This document shows positions 12,570-25,080 of a DNA stretch of 64,000 nt, one piece after another; within the stretch, counting starts at the first letter, position 1; each line of letters begins with the position of its first letter. This DNA is from Octopus vulgaris. Taxonomy: Eukaryota. The notes beneath the pieces were generated by a model that saw only the letters and a program-made list of their open reading frames with translations, did no database searches and was not told where the DNA came from. A program made the translations under genes and the position numbers. Location: contig OX597824.1 in NCBI GenBank assembly GCA_951406725.2, forward strand, positions 73,470,001 through 73,534,000, in the 5' to 3' direction.

Positions 12570-13531
12570 CTCAGGTTGATCCCACAGCTACACTAGAAGA
12601 TACCTGTACAAGGTACCAAGAAATAGAATCAAGTCCACAATTAGGTGTTTGCAAAACAAAATTCCAACTATGTACCCCTCCGCAGCAAGACATCTGCTTC
12701 TGTCTCTGTCACACTCTAACCATTTATCATCTGACACAAGATCACTTCCTCTCAAAGATTCCTTGTCTTCTAAAGTTACTTGGTGACCCTGCCGGTGCTG
12801 GTGCCACTTAAAAAGCATCCCATCCACACTGTAAAGTGGCTGGCATTTGGAAGGGCATCCAGCTATAAAAACCATGCCAAAACTGATTTCACCTGTGATG
12901 CCACGTAAAAAGCACTCAGCCCACTCTGATGGGTGGTTGGTGTTAGGAAGGGCAACCAGCTATAAAAACCATGCCAAAACCAACACAGAAGTATGGTACA
13001 GGCTTCTGCTTGGCCAGCTCCTTGCCCAGCTGGCTTGGGTCGGATGGTTTGAACCATTCGACCCAAGCCAGCTGGGCAAGGAGCTGGCCAAGCAGAAGCC
13101 TGTACCATACTTCTGTGTTGGTTTTGGCATGGTTTTTATAGCTGGTTGCCCTTCCTAACACCAACCACCCATCAGAGTGGGCTGAGTGCTTTTTACGTGG
13201 CATCACAGGTGAAATCAGTTTTGGCATGGTTTTTATAGCTGGATGCCCTTCCAAATGCCAGCCACTTTACAGTGTGGATGGGATGCTTTTTAAGTGGCAC
13301 CAGCACCAGCAGGGTCACCAAGTAACTTTAGAAGACAAGGAATCTTTGAGAGGAAGTGATCTTGTGTCAGATGATAAATGGTTAGAGTGTGACAGAGACA
13401 GAAGCAGATGTCTTGCTGCGGAGGGGTACATAGTTGGAATTTTGTTTTGCAAACACCTAATTGTGGACTTGATTCTATTTCTTGGTACCTTGTACAGGTA
13501 TCTTCTAGTGTAGCTGTGGGATCAACCTGAG
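12570..13531. repeat. 962-bp near-perfect palindrome (two 481-bp arms, essentially no spacer)
   Basis: ctcaggttgatcccacag... is reverse-complementary to ...ctgtgggatcaacctgag. The centre is at 13050/13051, and the ORF track shows mirror-image ORFs. Confidence 0.97.
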
Positions 13532-13646
13532 TCTTGAGGAAAATTAGGGAGATGGAAACTGTATAGAAGCCCATCAAAGGAACTGTTCATGCTTCTAGAA
13601 TTGCAAACATATCAACATAGCATTCGATGGCTTTTCGTAGACTCAC

Positions 13647-13729
13647 TTGTGTAGTAAGCATTTACACCAAGTCTCCAGTTTAACTGTAACTTGATCTTTA
13701 GATGTTCTGCTTCTTACTGCTGCAACCAT
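13647..13729 (-). CDS. Probable start-codon exon, coding part MVAAVRSRTSKDQVTVKLETWCKCLLH(K); full exon about 13647-13819 includes 5'UTR
   Basis: Acceptor ttttatgtttttgttAG|GTTTAG at 13820/13819 and donor ACAA|GTGAGT at 13647/13646. The ATG at 13729 has an in-frame TGA upstream. 83 nt = 27 codons + 2 nt, and the next exon (134) supplies the missing G to give AAG and an uninterrupted frame. Confidence 0.55.
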
Positions 13730-13909
13730 GCGATATGGTCATTTATACCTTCACCTTTACCAATTTTAGATGCTCTACAGAAAGGTCATGAATGTTGCCC
13801 CCTCTTTCTCTTACTAAACCTAACAAAAACATAAAAAGCAAGACACAATACACACAGTGGATTTGAACCCAAGTCCTATGATTTACTAGACATTTAAAAT
13901 ATAAAACTA

Positions 13910-14309
13910 CTAGCAGTATCGCCTGGCATTGCTCGGGTTTGTAAAGGAAATAACTATATAAGCATTTTTAGAGATGTAAAGTATAATAGCCATCTCAATA
14001 TGGCTAACCACAAAGGGGGGGGTGTTACTGTAGCTTTTTACGTTCTGAGATTTAATAATACATTTTTAGAGAGTTACTTCCCTTATATAAACCGAGTGAA
14101 AATGCATTAAAAATGCGGAAAAATTATGGTAAATTTTTTTTTTTAATTGTAGACTCATCATAGACGTGCGCTAATACCCAGAAGGGCTCGATATGAATCA
14201 CGACTAAGATACCTGGTTTTGGTTAAACTGCACCGCAAAATGTGGGAGTAGTTAGGAATCTAAATTGTAGGAGACAGACAGCACACAACCTCTCTTTTAT
14301 ATATAAAGA
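13910..14309 (-). mobile_element. Non-autonomous Helitron
   Basis: Minus strand reads A|TCTTTATATATAAAAG ... cccgagcaatgccagg (subterminal hairpin) ... CTAG|T, matching canonical 5'-TC/CTAG-3' ends in an AT target. Confidence 0.8.
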
Positions 14310-14702
14310 TGTCATGGCATTAATCCTTTTCTTGTATTCCCATAGAAATACACTGCTTTTGTTTCAAATGCTTTTGAAAATATTTTTGGAAAATGGCAAC
14401 TGTCAGCTTTCGTCAGAAAAATTTTGCTTGGGCCTGCACATGTGTGTGTAGATGCATGGTCAACCTTGATTCATATCAGCCCTGCACGAGGAGGAAGAAT
14501 TTGCAAAAGGAAAAAAAATAATAGTCGTAATACTAGGCTGTAAAGTTGTGGATGAGGAAATGAAAGGAAAAGTGATGTTGAAGGACAGATGTGGGGAGTG
14601 GCTGGAACAGTGGGAGACATGTTTTGTGCTGGATGGGTGTCTGTTCTACAAAAACACCCATTTACTGTGCATTGGAGATGGTTGGATAATATCTATCATC
14701 TC

Positions 14703-15100
14703 AAGGCGGTGGGCTGGCAGAAATGTTAGCATACCGAGTGAAATGCTTAGCAGTATTTCGTCTGCTGTTATGTTCTGAGTTCAAATTCCGCCGAGGACAA
14801 CTTTGCCTTTCATCCTTTCGAGGTCGATTAAATAAGTACCAGTTACACACTGGGGTCGATGTAATCGACTTAATCCGTTTGTCTGTCCTTTGTCCGCTCT
14901 GTGGTTAGCCCCTTGTGGGTAGTAAAGAAATAGGTATTTCGTCTGCTGCTACGTTCTGAGTTCAAATTCCGCCGAGGTCGACTTTTCCTTTCATCCTTTC
15001 AGGGTTGATAAATTAAGTACCAGTTGCGTACTGGGGTTGATGTAATTGACTGCCCCTCCTCCCCCAAAATTTCAGGCCTTGTGCCTAGAGAAGAAAAGAA
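14703..15100 (+). mobile_element. SINE family C, dimeric/tandem copy
   Basis: gtatttcgtctgctg..ttctgagttcaaattccgccgagg occurs twice (about 14753 and 14934), each with a different tail. Confidence 0.8.
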
Positions 15101-15706
15101 TATCTATCATCTCAGTTGATCATGCTTGGGAATCCAGCTAGAAAGTGTAATGATAGTTGCTTCTGATAAGACCCAAGAGAACTTTACTACCATGATCCTC
15201 CCAGGAATAGGGGACAGAGAAGATGGGTGAATGAATGGGAAAACCCCTCCAAGAATGAGAAAGAAAAAAAATATATAGTGGTATGAGAGTCATTACATCA
15301 TGTTTCTTCTAATGTGAAGATTGGAGGCTTTGAGCCTAGCAATATGAAAGTGACTAATTCTTGGAAAGGAAAAAAAACAAACAAAACAAAACAACTCGTT
15401 AATGAATATTGACCTATTTATTGGTTTTGACTTTAGATAATTAGTTCTGGACTTCTGAGCATGATGCTTGACCTCCTAATTGAATAATTGATCCTGTCTA
15501 ATGAGAATGATCAATTTATTCTCATCATTAAAATGGTAAAATCAGAATGGAATTGCTCCTAACAAGAATATAATAAAGCAGACAAATGAGACTAACATGA
15601 AACAGTATTATCACTGACCAATATTCTCCAACACTTTGTTGTATATAGCATATAACATATTCATCGAACATTATTCATCTGGGTATATAACATATGATGC
15701 ATTTAC

Positions 15707-16429
15707 AGGCATAGGAGTGGCTGTGTGGTAAGTAGCTTGCTTACGAACCACATGGTTCCTGATTCAGTTCCACTGTTTGGCACCTTGGGCAAGTGTCTTC
15801 TACTTTAGTCTTGGGCCGTCCAAAGCTTTGTGAGCAGATTTGGTAGATGGAAACTGAAAGAAGCCCATTGTGTATATGTATACATATATATCTATGTGTG
15901 TGTGTATATGTTTGTGTGTCTGTTTGTCCCCCCCAACATCGCTTGACAACCAATGCTGGTGTATTTACGTCCCTGAAACTTAGAGGTTTGGCAAAAGATA
16001 CCTATAGAATAAGTACTAGGCTTACGTAGAATAAGTCCTGGGGTTGCTTTCTTGGACTGAAACCCTTTAAAGTGGTGCTCCAGGATGGCCACAGTCAAAT
16101 GACTGAAACAAGTAAATGAATATTGAATATATATCACCGTTATCACCGTGACCAACCAGGCTATCAGATGTTGCTACACATCGCTGGTCACAATGCATTC
16201 GCATTGTTTTAGCCTTCGAATGACGCCACCCCGCTGGCTAAGCGAGCAGGCCAACATAAGAAAGAGTGGTGAAAGAGAACAGCAGGGATCACTACCCCCT
16301 GCCGGAGCCTCGTGGAGCTTTTAGGTGTTTTTGCTCAATAAACACTCACAATGCCCGGTCTGGGAATCGAAACCGCAATCCTATGACCACGAGTCCGCTG
16401 CCCTAGCCACTGGGCTATTGCGCCTCCAC
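15707..16429. mobile_element. SINE A (15707-16120, +) tail-to-tail with a family B-type SINE (16140-16429, -)
   Basis: Head and tail motifs as in the other copies. Confidence 0.8.
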
Positions 16430-16950
16430 CATATATATTATTAATATTTAGCAGAAGTAATAGAGTGACTCAAGGGCCGAGAGTTTCGTGTGTTAGCACT
16501 TATGAAATTAGTTACAGATCAAGAGGTTGTAAATTTATATATAAGTGATAATAGCATTTCCCCGGATGATTCTGGAACAAATAATAAAAACAATTACAAT
16601 GTCACATGAATAATTCATATTTTTCAATTAGTTTGCCCATTGTATCATTCAGTAAGTAAATACATAAATAGATAAATAAGGAAAAATTGTGCATACTTAT
16701 GTACATATAAATGAGTGTTGGTGAATATACAATACAATAGTTTTAGTTGATTCTATTTATCTCAGTACTTATTTACATTTGGTACTTATAAACATCTATT
16801 TATTGAATTACACAAACATACATGCACACATACATGCGCATACACACACATGTGCATACACAAATACACACACCCACACAACTTTATGAAATTTTAAAAT
16901 GTCTATCTATGGATTATATAACATATCCATTTATGTGTAGGAGCTTGGGG

Positions 16951-17227
16951 CTTAACCCTTTAGCGCTTAATCCACCCATATCTGGTCAAAATATTCTCTC
17001 TATTTTATGTTAGAACTGACCAGATCCGACATCTTACACCTATCCAACAGTGTGAAGGAGTGGCTGTGTGGTAAGTAGTGTATAGGCGCAGGAGTGGCTG
17101 TGTGGTATGTAGCTTGTTAACCAACCACTGCTTGGCACTTTGGGCAAGTATCTTCTACTATAGCTTCGAGCTGACCAAAGCCTTGTGATTGGATTTTGTA
17201 GATGGAAACTGAAAGAAGCCCGTCTTA

Positions 17228-17278
<51 letters not shown>

Positions 17279-17597
17279 ATATGTTTGTGTGTCTGTGTTT
17301 GTCCCCTCAACATCGCTTGACAACTGATGGTGGTGTGTTTATGTCCCCGTAACTTAGTGATTTGGCAAAAGAGACCGATAGAATAAGTACTAGGCTTCCA
17401 AAGAATAAGTCCTGGGGTCGATTTGCTCGACTAAAGGCGGTGCTCCAGCATGGCCACAGTCAAATGACTGAAACAAGTAAAAGAATAAACACATAATTGA
17501 AATCTTGAAGCTACAAGATAATGCATGATTAATTCTAAACAAGGTGAACAAATAAGAAAACGTTTGACAAAGAAATCTGAATGCTAATTTGGGTTAA
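16951..17597. mobile_element. TTAA-flanked MITE (family of 9811-10266) with a SINE A (17085-17490, +) inside
   Basis: ttaaccctttagc ... gctaatttgggttaa ends, and the shared gctacaagataatgcatgattaattc. Confidence 0.65.
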
Positions 17598-18685
17598 GAA
17601 CCAGTATTGGTGTATTTTCATGAACTAGCAGCTAAATCTCTCTCAAATAAAACTCTCCTGTCTCAAACAGGGACAGAAACACTTATCTCCAAAATAATGT
17701 AGCCATGAGTAATGTATAGTGGTTAGAAACGAAAAAAGGTTAGATTGCCATGGTGATGTGTCATTTGTTTCAGTGAAGCAACAAATCTTATGGCAATATA
17801 ATTCTGTTGTTGTAAGGTTAAAATGCTTAGCGGAATTTTGTCCATCTTTTTGTTCTGAGTTCAAATTCTGCCAAGATCAGCTTTACCTTTCATCCTTTTG
17901 GGGTCAATAAAATTAAGTATCAGTTGAACACTGAGATTATTGCAATTGACTTGCCCCACCTCCAAATTTATTGGTCCAGTGCCAAAATTTGAAACCAATA
18001 TAACTATGTTGTTGTGGTTTAGGCCCAGCTCAGCCCTGATTGAACCAACCTATGATGAAAAGCATTCCAACCATGGCCATTTCATATATATTGTTTTTAG
18101 ACAGTGCATCTATTATCCAATATATTTTTCTTTTTTTTTCCAAACAACAAAAAAAAAAAAGAAATGAGGAAATGATTTCAGAAAGATTGGCTACTATTTC
18201 TAGTATTTCAAATGACCACATAGATCACTTCTTGGCATATACGCATCTGGTTTATTGGCGCAATATTCATGATGCATCCTGCTATGATGCAAAAGATTTT
18301 GTATTTTTTACTATTTTTTTTTCTTGTGTAAGTAAGTGTTTGAAATTTATCTAGATTTATGAGGACTCAGGAAGTTGTCTTTTGGTAAAGTCCATGACAG
18401 ATCTGATGTTGTTAAAGTTATACTTTATCCAAGATGTATGAGTGTGTGTGCTTTTGCATTGAAAGATGAAACCTTCTTTGGTGATTTATAGAGAGTTGGT
18501 TGTGTGTCTAAAAGCTGCAACGGGTCTCATGAAATAAACATTCGATCTGTTGGTAGATGTTATGCCACTGTACTGGTTGGACTCTTCCTACCACCACACT
18601 GTCTAACCACCTGCCTCTCACTCTCAACCCAGCCAACCACCTGCAGTGTGAATTACCATTTCAAAGTATGGACTATAAATTAGCT

Positions 18686-18732
<47 letters not shown>

Positions 18733-19329
18733 CACACACACATATCATTGTTTAACAACCACTTTTCCATGCCATACCAGCATGGAAACTGGACGACATT
18801 AAATGATGATGTTTATATATATATATATATATATGTATGTATATGTATGTATATTGGCCTGTCAATGATTGATCTTGACAACATCAGCAACATTACTACT
18901 AAAAGAAAGATATATCTGTATACATAGACATGCATCACTATAAGAGAGATAGACAGGTAAATAAATAGGTAGATAGACTGACAGTGGGAGAGAGAGAGAG
19001 AGAGAGAGAAGGATAGTGAGAGGAAGGGTGGGAAAGAAAGAAAGAAAGAGATATAGAGAAAGGAGAGACATTTGCAGCAAATGTTCATCCTATAAAAATA
19101 TGTCTTATGTGGTAATTCAACATAATTACAATGGAGGTCATCATGCACATGGCAGTCGATGCCATGATTACCATTCCTAATGTCCATCAGAGTTCTTTTG
19201 CTGCTGTCTTTGTCTGCTTGTCATTAATATTCATGCATCATCGTCATTCCTAAACTTACATTTCATCTTTCTCACACACACACACACACACACACATGTA
19301 TGCATATATATATATATATATATATATAT

Positions 19330-19672
19330 TCTCTTACTTGTTTTAGTCATTTTGACTATGGCCATGCTGGAGCACCGCCTTTAGTTGAGCAAATCGACCC
19401 CAGGACCTATTCTTTGTAAGCTTAGTACTTATTCTATCGGTCTCTTTTGCCAAACTGCTAAGTTACTGGGACGTAATCACACCACCATCAGTTGTCAAGC
19501 GATGTTGGGGGGACACACACATACATATATACATACATACATACAGGGTGTCCCCCCAAAAATGTATACACACCTTAAATAATTGTAAATTTGTTATTCT
19601 TTGTAAGCCTAGTACTTATTCTACCGTTCTCTTTTGCCGAACCACTATGTGTATACATTTTTTTGGGACACC

Positions 19673-19713
<41 letters not shown>

Positions 19714-20036
19714 GAGGCACATGGCCTAGTGGTTAGAGCAGCGGACTCGCGGTCGAGGGATTGCAGGTTTGAATCTCAGACCGGGCGATGTGTGTGTTTA
19801 TGAGCAAAACACCTAAGCTCCACGTGACTCTAGCTGAAGGTAATGGTGAACTTCTGCTGACTCTTTCGCCATAACTTTCTGTCACTCTTTCCTCCTGCAT
19901 CTTGCAGTTCACCTGCGATGGACCAGCGTCCCATCCAGGTGGGGAACCTATACGCTAAGGAAACCGGAAAACCAGCCCTTATGAGCCAGGCATGGCTCGA
20001 GAAGGAACAAACAATATATATATATATATGTATATA

Positions 20037-20100
<64 letters not shown>

Positions 20101-20185
20101 CATGATGGCCTTCTTTAAGTTTCTGTCTACCAAATCCACTCACAAGGCTTTGGTCAGTCTAAAGTTATAGTAGAAGACGCTTGCT
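19330..20185 (-). mobile_element. SINE A carrying a nested MITE (19544-19675) and a nested SINE B (19711-20012, +) in its internal TA tract
   Basis: SINE A tail at 19330-19520 and body at 20100-20185 flank the two inserts. Confidence 0.8.
19544..19675. mobile_element. 132-bp Tc1/mariner-type MITE, copy 1
   Basis: TA|CAGGGTGTCCC..AAAAATGTATACACA ... TGTGTATACATTTTT..GGGACACCCTG|TA, with terminal inverted repeats (TIRs) of about 28 bp. Confidence 0.85.
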
Positions 20186-20495
20186 GAGAGGTATACAGCT
20201 ACACCAATGCCAGAATGGATTGGCACTGCACAGTGCCAAAGATCCCAGCAATGCCATTGCACTTCAGGACCAGTTACTGCAACAGCCTGAGTTTCAGGGA
20301 CCCACAGCTTTTTAATATTCTCCTAAAGAGCCTGAGGAACCTGCACAAAATAATTGTGTTTTCAAATCAAGGCTGGACCTCTTCCTGTTGAGAGTTTCAG
20401 ACGAACCTACCTCACGGCAAGAGGTGCACATGAGGGTAGCTACATCAAACTCCATTCTTCACTGAGTGCCACATATTAGAGGAGGATCTCAGTAA
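20185..20495 (+). mobile_element. CR1/L2-group LINE ORF2 C-terminal fragment
   Basis: Translates to CTVPKIPAMP..RTSYCNSLSFRDPQLFNILLKSLRNLH / FKSRLDLFLLRVSDEP, typical of CR1-group C-termini. Confidence 0.7.
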
Positions 20496-20635
20496 TAACA
20501 GTATAATTATATATATTTATATAATAACAGTATATTTATATCTATATATATATATTTATATATCTATATATTTATATATATATATATCTATATATTTATA
20601 TATATCTATCGATCTATATATATAGATATATATAC

Positions 20636-20692
<57 letters not shown>

Positions 20693-21390
20693 TATATTTA
20701 TATATAAGTAAATATATGTAAGTATATTCTGTTGTGTCTGGGGAGAATCATTTTCTTTTTGTGCCTTGTAATTTAACACACTCACCAGTAATATTTCCAC
20801 TTGTTTCTTATTTCTATTTTCCTAAAATTTTCTTTGTGTCTTGCCACCTTTTCAATAGTCTTGACAGCGTGTGTTACATTATAAGGCACAAAAAGAAAAT
20901 GACTCTCTCCAGACACAACAGAATATGTTTCAACACATGAACTCACATAAAGAATCTTGTAAACCAAATCCGAAGACGAAAAATATATATATATATATAT
21001 ATATTGCATAATATTCTTACTACTCAGTTTTAATTTGTTTCGGAAATTTGTCTGTCTGTAGTAAATATATATTTGGTAACTGACACTTATGGAAGCGGTT
21101 AATTTGTGGTTATGGTGACCAATAACTTTGATGCAGTCATTCCACTAATTCATACAGAATATAGTTGTTATGTCTTGTGTTCTTATAAACAGAGTGTTTA
21201 TGAACAGATATTAAAGATCGTATGTAAAATTTAGATTTAAAAAAGAAATGAAAATAAATCAAAAATGTGTCTATATTTTAATGTTCAGCATGGCCTAGTG
21301 GTTAGACAACTGGGCTCTTGATCAAAAGATCACAGGTTTGTTTCTTAGACTAGACTAGAAGGTATGTCATGGTGTCCTTAGGCAAAGTAC

Positions 21391-21804
21391 TCTCTTTACT
21401 CTTTTACTCTTTTACTTGTTTCAGTCATTTGACTGCGGCCATGCTGGAGCACCGCCTTTAGTCGAGCAAATCAACCCCGGGACATATTCTTTGTATGCCC
21501 AGTACTTATTCTATCGGTCTCTTTTTGCCGAACCGCTAAGTGACGGGGACATAAACACACCAGCACCGGTTGTCAAGCAATGCTAGGGGGACAAACACAC
21601 ACACACATACATGTATATATATATATATATATACATATATACGACAGGCTTCTTTCAGTTTCCGTCTACCAAATCCACCCACAAGGCATTGGTTGGCCCG
21701 GGGCTATAGCAGAAGACACTTGCCCAAGATGCCACGCAGTGGGACTGAACCCGGAACCATGTGGTTGGTTAGCAAGCTACTTACCACACAGCCACTCCTG
21801 CGCC
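21391..21804 (-). mobile_element. SINE family A, young full-length copy
   Basis: Intact head ggcgcaggagtggctgtgtgg, intact tail and (taaaagag)n. Similar copies lie at 25365-25960, 27735-28010 and 31060-31475. Confidence 0.9.
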
Positions 21805-22169
21805 TTAGTAGTTTATTTTATTTTATTTCTGTCCTCTCAGAAGGCAAACATAAGTATTAAACCAGACAGAACACTTGGTCAGTGTTAGGTAAGTGTTGAG
21901 AAGTATTAATGAGTGAATTTTATGATCTGAAACTTTCAGGTATAAAATGTAGTCCACTCAGCAATGAACTTTTATATTCTGTCTTGAACTTTAACCTAGA
22001 TTTTATCACGTGTTGAAAAGACATATTATAGCATGGAAAGTGCAGTTGTCTATTGATTATCTCAGCATAGCTGTGTGATGAAGAATTTGGCTTCTCTGTT
22101 ATATGGTTTTGGGTACAGTCCCACTGCATGGCACCTTATGCAAATCCCTTTTGCGAAGGCCTAGGCTGA

Positions 22170-22382
22170 CCATCATCATCATCATCATCATCATCGTTTA
22201 ATGTCCGCTTTCCATGCTAGCATGGGTTGGACGATTTGACTGAGGTCTGGCGAACCAGATGGCTGCACCAGACTCCCATCTGATCTGGCAGAGTTTCTAC
22301 AGCTGGATGCCCTTCCTAATGCCAACCTCTCCGAGAGTGTAGTGGGTGCTTTTACATGCCACTGGCACATTTATGGAATATA

Positions 22383-22436
<54 letters not shown>

Positions 22437-23850
22437 CATAATTAGGGCTCAGCCAACTGCTTCACCACACACCGAATTTTAACTCCTATTTCTAAATTCG
22501 ATATGTGGTGAAGCAATCAGCCGAACCCCAATTATAATCATGTAGATAATTTTACCTATAAAGGTTATTTTAACGTACCAATCTGCTTGGTAAAATTATT
22601 AATTAACTGACCAATGCTTTGTAATTTCATTTGGTTGACAGGAACTGTGGAGGCATGTGACTTTGTGGTTAGGATGTTGGACTCATGATTGTAAGATTGT
22701 GGTTTTGATTCCTGGACCGGGTGATGCGTTGTGTTCTTGCTCCAGTCCACTCAGCTGTAGAAACAAGTACCATAACTAGTTGAGGTACGTTGCTTAGTGG
22801 TTAAGGTGTTGGATTCATGACGATAAGATTGTAGTTTTGACCCTTGGACTGAGTGACCCATTGTGTTCCTGAGCAAAACACATCATTTCATGTTGTGCCA
22901 GTCCACTCAGCTGTAGAAATGAGTTTAGCCTGGAGAGGGATAGGCTCTGCTAGGCTTTCTTGCCCAAATACACTTCATGGCTGCAGTGCTCCAACAAACA
23001 CCAAGGGGTTAAGGGACTTGTATGGTATTGTACACAGAAACTGAAAGAAGCCCATTGTGTATATGAATATATCAATACACTCTGTAAAGTGTTTGGAATT
23101 AGGAAGGGCATCCACCCATAGAAACCATACCAAAACTGACAGTTGGAGACTGGGCTCCTCTCTGGCTGGTCAACTCCTGTCAAAAACTGTTCAACTCATG
23201 CCAGCATAGAAAACAGATGTTAAACAATGAGGATGTTGATACCCCCACGCACACACATATGTGTGTGTGTATCTCCTTGTCTTGACATCACCTGATCGCT
23301 GTAAATGAGTGTAATTGGTGTCATTTGTTTCCAATCTTCTGTGTAAACATGTCTGGCCACGGAGGAATAATTCCTTGCTGTGAAGGTTGGTGACAGGAAA
23401 AGCATCAGTTAAATGGATGACCATAACGACAATGATCACAATAATGATGATGATGACGATGATGAAGACAATGATCATAGTGATGTGATGGTGATGGTAT
23501 TGATGACGATGATAATGTGATGGTGGTGATGACAAAGATGATAGTAATGATGTGATGGTTATGGTGTCAGTTGTGGTGATGATGATGATGATGACAATGA
23601 TGATCATCATTATTGTTTAATGTCCGTTTTCCATGCTAGCATGGGTTGGACGGTTCAACTGGGGTCTGGGAAGCCAGGAGGCTGCACCAGGCCCAGTCTG
23701 ATCTGGCAGTGTTTCTACAGCTGGATGCCCTTCCTAACGCCAACCACTCCATGAGTGTAGTGGGTGCTTTTTATGTGCCACCTGCACAGGTGCCAGATGA
23801 GGCTGGCAAACGGCCACGATCGGATGGTGCTTTTTATGTGCCACCGGCAT
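22170..23850. mobile_element. Cluster of RTE-tail copies (22170-22370 and 23600-23850, minus) and family B SINE heads (about 22648-22925, +)
   Basis: catcatcgtttaatgtccgctttccatgctagcatgggttggacg...gctggatgcccttcctaa motif. Confidence 0.75.
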
Positions 23851-24558
23851 GTGATGATAGTGATAATGTGATGGTGATGGTGTTGATGATGATGGTGGTA
23901 TTAATGATGATACTGACAATGTGATGGTTATGATGGAGTCAGTTGTGGTGTTGATGATGGTGTGATGGGGATGACGGTGTTGGCACTGGTGGTGGTGATG
24001 ATGATGAGGAAATTTTAAAATTCTGTTTTTCGTTTTGGCATTTACATTTCCACTACTGTGTTGCAAATATTTAACATCAGTTGCATTGATTTAAGTTTTG
24101 CAATAATACATGATTTACCATTGGCCTCATACATGGTCTGTAATTAGCTTTAATATCAGTTTTGTTCTCTGAAGCTTTTAGTCATAATTAATGTGTTCAA
24201 TATAGAATTTTCTAAACTCAAACACCATAAAATATAGTACCTGTTCTACAATATCAAACACTGAATTCAGCTCTTATTGAAAATCTACCTGATAGATTTA
24301 CAACTTATTGATCTGCGAATTTCATTGTTAATATGGTCCAAGGTAAGGTAAAGGTAAAGTTACCTTCTCGAGACGTAACTACTCATAAGGGCTGATCTCC
24401 TGGTTTCATGGTGCATAAATTCCCTACCTGGATGGGATGTTGGTCTGTTGTAGGATTACTCATTTTTACCAGCTGAGTGAACTGGAGCAATGTGACATGA
24501 AGTGTCTTGCTCAAGAACACAACACATTGTCTGGTCCAGGAATCAAAATCACAATCTC

Positions 24559-25080
24559 CATCATCATTGTTCGACCGTGGTCGAGACAATGGAATTTACT
24601 ATGTTACACCAGACTTCATGGTCCATCATAGCATTACGGAGGTCCCGTTGCTGGATGCCTGTATCCCTGGAGATTACATCAGGGTAGGAGAGTGTGCGCC
24701 CTCTGGTATCATGAGCAGATGGCTTCCAGAGGAGAAGAGTAGAAATTACCTCGTTTTCAGCTCCACAACAATGTCCAGCAAACTGGACTCTTCTACCTTT
24801 CACAAGAGATGATACAGGTGGTAATTTTCCATATATTTGTACTTTGGTTGGATGACGCTTCCACGAGAGATTTTGAGCTCTCATAAGGAGGCGAGTGTAA
24901 GTTCCATCCAACCACCTCACAAGCTTCTTTGATAACGTCCAGGTTTCTGAGCCATATATTAGAATTGGTTCGACTGTGGCTTTGAAGATTTTAAGTTTGA
25001 AATTTCTACTTAGATTTGATGACCAGATCTTATGCATATCATTACAGGCTGATCAGGCCATACCCTTTCTAGTTAGAAAA
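24559..25080 (-). mobile_element. 5'-truncated RTE-X LINE (C-terminal ORF fragment), inserted in a family B SINE (24345-25130)
   Basis: ORF 24564-25037 reads KIWSSNL..FKATVEPILIYGSETW..DGTYTRLLMR..FAGHC, followed by a (TGA)n tail. There is a short aatct duplication at the ends. Confidence 0.85.

Noticed and set aside
12588-13513. Paired ORFs of 95-103 aa on opposite strands
   Set aside because: They are a by-product of the palindrome and of RTE-tail sequence.
15707-19790. tRNA genes at SINE heads (A/B-box-like sequences)
   Set aside because: The heads run directly into SINE bodies and do not form complete cloverleaves.
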